From: Candidatus Saccharimonadota bacterium
GTDB taxonomy: Archaea > Micrarchaeota > Micrarchaeia > Micrarchaeales > Micrarchaeaceae
Assembly (NCBI GenBank): GCA_963705375.1
Contig: OY970071.1
Location: 1,110,001 to 1,142,000, forward strand
DNA: 32,000 nucleotides
Direction of reading: 5' to 3'
The notes under the pieces are model-generated. The model made no database searches, had not been told where the DNA came from, and saw only the letters and a program-made list of their open reading frames with translations. Position 1 is the stretch's first letter. Each line of letters starts with the position of its first letter. This document shows, in pieces, positions 30,496 through 32,000 of this stretch. The position numbers and the translations under genes were made by a program.

Positions 30496-30967
30496 AAATC
30501 ACACTACATACTATGTTCCTTTTCAAATACTTATATTTTGCCTAGTTCTGGCTGGCCTACTCTTATTTGCACGAGTTTTGTTGATTAAAGTATGAGAGAT
30601 CACGTATTACAATATCGCAAAATTGTGCAAACATACTGCCACTGGACACAATGCTTAAAAATGAGTGTAAATAGAACCAGTAGTAGTGGTGATATGAGCA
30701 ATATTTTGAAGGCTGCAAACAAGAGTCCTGACGAGATGAAGTGGTGTCTTCGCTCTACTGCTAGCGTGACTGACTTCCCACATGGCCAATTGGAACATAA
30801 TTTTAAACTACTGCGATTGGAAGCTGTACGGAATCTGCCACACATGCGGAATCATGGGCCCGGCAAGGGTTAGCTGTACAAAACTAGTCTCACAAAGGCA
30901 GGTATATATATCTGGAAATATAGACCGTATCTCTGTGACGAATTAACTATTCGTGCCGGTCGATAAG

Positions 30968-31657
30968 ATGTCATCAAAGCAAAACGAAAAAACAGATGGT
31001 GCGCAGCAAAGAGAAATGGCACAGTTAGAGATAACTTCTACGCAAAACGACGTTACCGGATATGCTATGTTTAGCCTTCTGGCCGATGGTGCTAGAGCGG
31101 TTGCCGACAACAATTTCACCGATGCCGAGCTGAATTCCCCCGAATGGCAAGAGCATCAAGACTCTTATCCGAGATGGGTCACACCTATAGTTGTCAATGA
31201 AGCTCCAGGCATTCCGATTGGGGAAACCGTAGAGTATCAAAATGCGACATTCAAGGTGCCTGAACAATTCCGAGGCATGACTGATGTTATCCTGGTGCTG
31301 TCTATAACTTCCGCGACAGAGCTGGATGGTAAGTTAGTCCTTGTTGGGGATGTATCAAAGGTTCTAGACTATCCAAGAGCAAAAGGCTGGTATTCGACAG
31401 ACGAAGACACTGGCATACCTATAGCTATCCCAAAACGATCCGCTGCTGAAGGTGCTCGTTATTTGCTGCGATCTTCTGGCGCATACGTAGGTCCTATTGC
31501 CCGCGACTTTGATATCGTCGGCTACTATGACAAACGATACGTCGACATTAGTGCAAATCTAGACGACGAGTTTAAGGTTGCCTTTGTGGAAGGAGTGCCT
31601 CAGTCGCATGCAGACGAGGATGTGCCTGCTGGATCGCTATTACGGAATAATAAATAA
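30968..31657 (+). CDS. Hypothetical protein (229 aa)
   Basis: ORF trimmed to the ATG at 30968; the track start at 30953 is GTG. No motif recognised. Confidence 0.5.
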   Translation: MSSKQNEKTDGAQQREMAQLEITSTQNDVTGYAMFSLLADGARAVADNNFTDAELNSPEWQEHQDSYPRWVTPIVVNEAPGIPIGETVEYQNATFKVPEQFRGMTDVILVLSITSATELDGKLVLVGDVSKVLDYPRAKGWYSTDEDTGIPIAIPKRSAAEGARYLLRSSGAYVGPIARDFDIVGYYDKRYVDISANLDDEFKVAFVEGVPQSHADEDVPAGSLLRNNK

Positions 31658-31682
31658 GGCTCTTGCATCGCCTTTGCACTTC

Positions 31683-32000
31683 TCATTGAAACTCTGAAGC
31701 GATCTTATCTAGGCCCGCTTTTATTTCCTCTTCAGGAACAGTCAAGGATATCCTGAAGAACTCCCTGTAATCGCCGAATGCGGTGCCTGGCGTTATTGCG
31801 ACTCCCTTGTCCAGCAACCTGAATGCCAATTTCTCAGAGTCTGTGTTGCACTTAGGAAAGAAGTAGAACGGAGCATCAGGCTTAGAGAACTCTAATCCAG
31901 CTTTGGATAGTATTGACGTTGCCAGCTCGGCACGCCTCGCATATATGTCGCGCATACGTCCGGAAATCTCTTTTTTGAGCTCTAGGGCTCTTATCGCTGC
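31683..32000 (-). CDS. Class I/II PLP-dependent aminotransferase, C-terminal part (gene runs off the right edge)
   Basis: The frame is open from 32000 down to the stop at 31683. The C-terminal domain pattern is GLEFSKPDAPFYFFPK...VAITPGTAFGDYREFFRISL, typical of aspartate/aromatic aminotransferases. Confidence 0.72.
   Translation of the reverse strand, partial: AAIRALELKKEISGRMRDIYARRAELATSILSKAGLEFSKPDAPFYFFPKCNTDSEKLAFRLLDKGVAITPGTAFGDYREFFRISLTVPEEEIKAGLDKIASEFQ

Noticed and set aside
30592-30873. ORFs 30592..30873 (+) and 30600..30845 (-) as genes
   Set aside because: They are mutually antisense over almost their whole length, neither has a motif or a convincing start context, and I cannot choose between them. 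I flagged the region only as a long spacer.

Overview
The window is archaeal. It carries an A-type ATP synthase operon in atpH-I-K-E-C order, a eukaryote/archaeal-type TrpRS, an STT3/AglB-like GT-C glycosyltransferase, and AT-rich TATA-like boxes about 20-32 nt upstream of many start codons. I cannot assign a lineage from the sequence alone.

Layout:
- 1-12.4 kb is mostly housekeeping: the atp operon, a fused tandem Lrp/AsnC-like regulator, a possible C2H2 zinc-finger mini-ORF, trpS, a Wzx-like flippase, a GNAT-like ORF, an M20 peptidase, a DEDDh exonuclease and pyruvate kinase.
- 12.4-20.5 kb starts with tRNA-Thr(UGU), followed by an ~8-kb mosaic island. Direct copies of the tRNA 3' end (two exact 13-mers and three longer degenerate copies) divide it into segments. 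The cargo is a RelE/ParE TA pair, two unknown ORFs, AbiEi/AbiEii plus two membrane proteins, a TPR-like ORF split by a TnpA-only IS200/IS605 element, and an HExxH protein. No integrase is recognisable anywhere in the window.
- 20.5-27.2 kb holds an AlkZ/YcaQ-like glycosylase, a nucleoside phosphorylase, a 2-hydroxyacid dehydrogenase and the GT-C glycosyltransferase.
- 27.26-28.55 kb is an intact IS with 19-bp inverted repeats, a 9-bp target-site duplication, a YREK-type DDE transposase and a small DUF2080-like ORF.
- 28.6-31.7 kb contains only unknown genes, including a co-directional RHH-like / internally duplicated unknown / MazG trio. The window ends in a truncated aminotransferase.

I saw no rRNA and no CRISPR array.

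The best candidate for something undescribed is the integrase-less cassette array at tRNA-Thr, segmented by att-like repeats. The second is the RHH-unknown-MazG module. All family calls rest on motifs read by eye; no searches were run.
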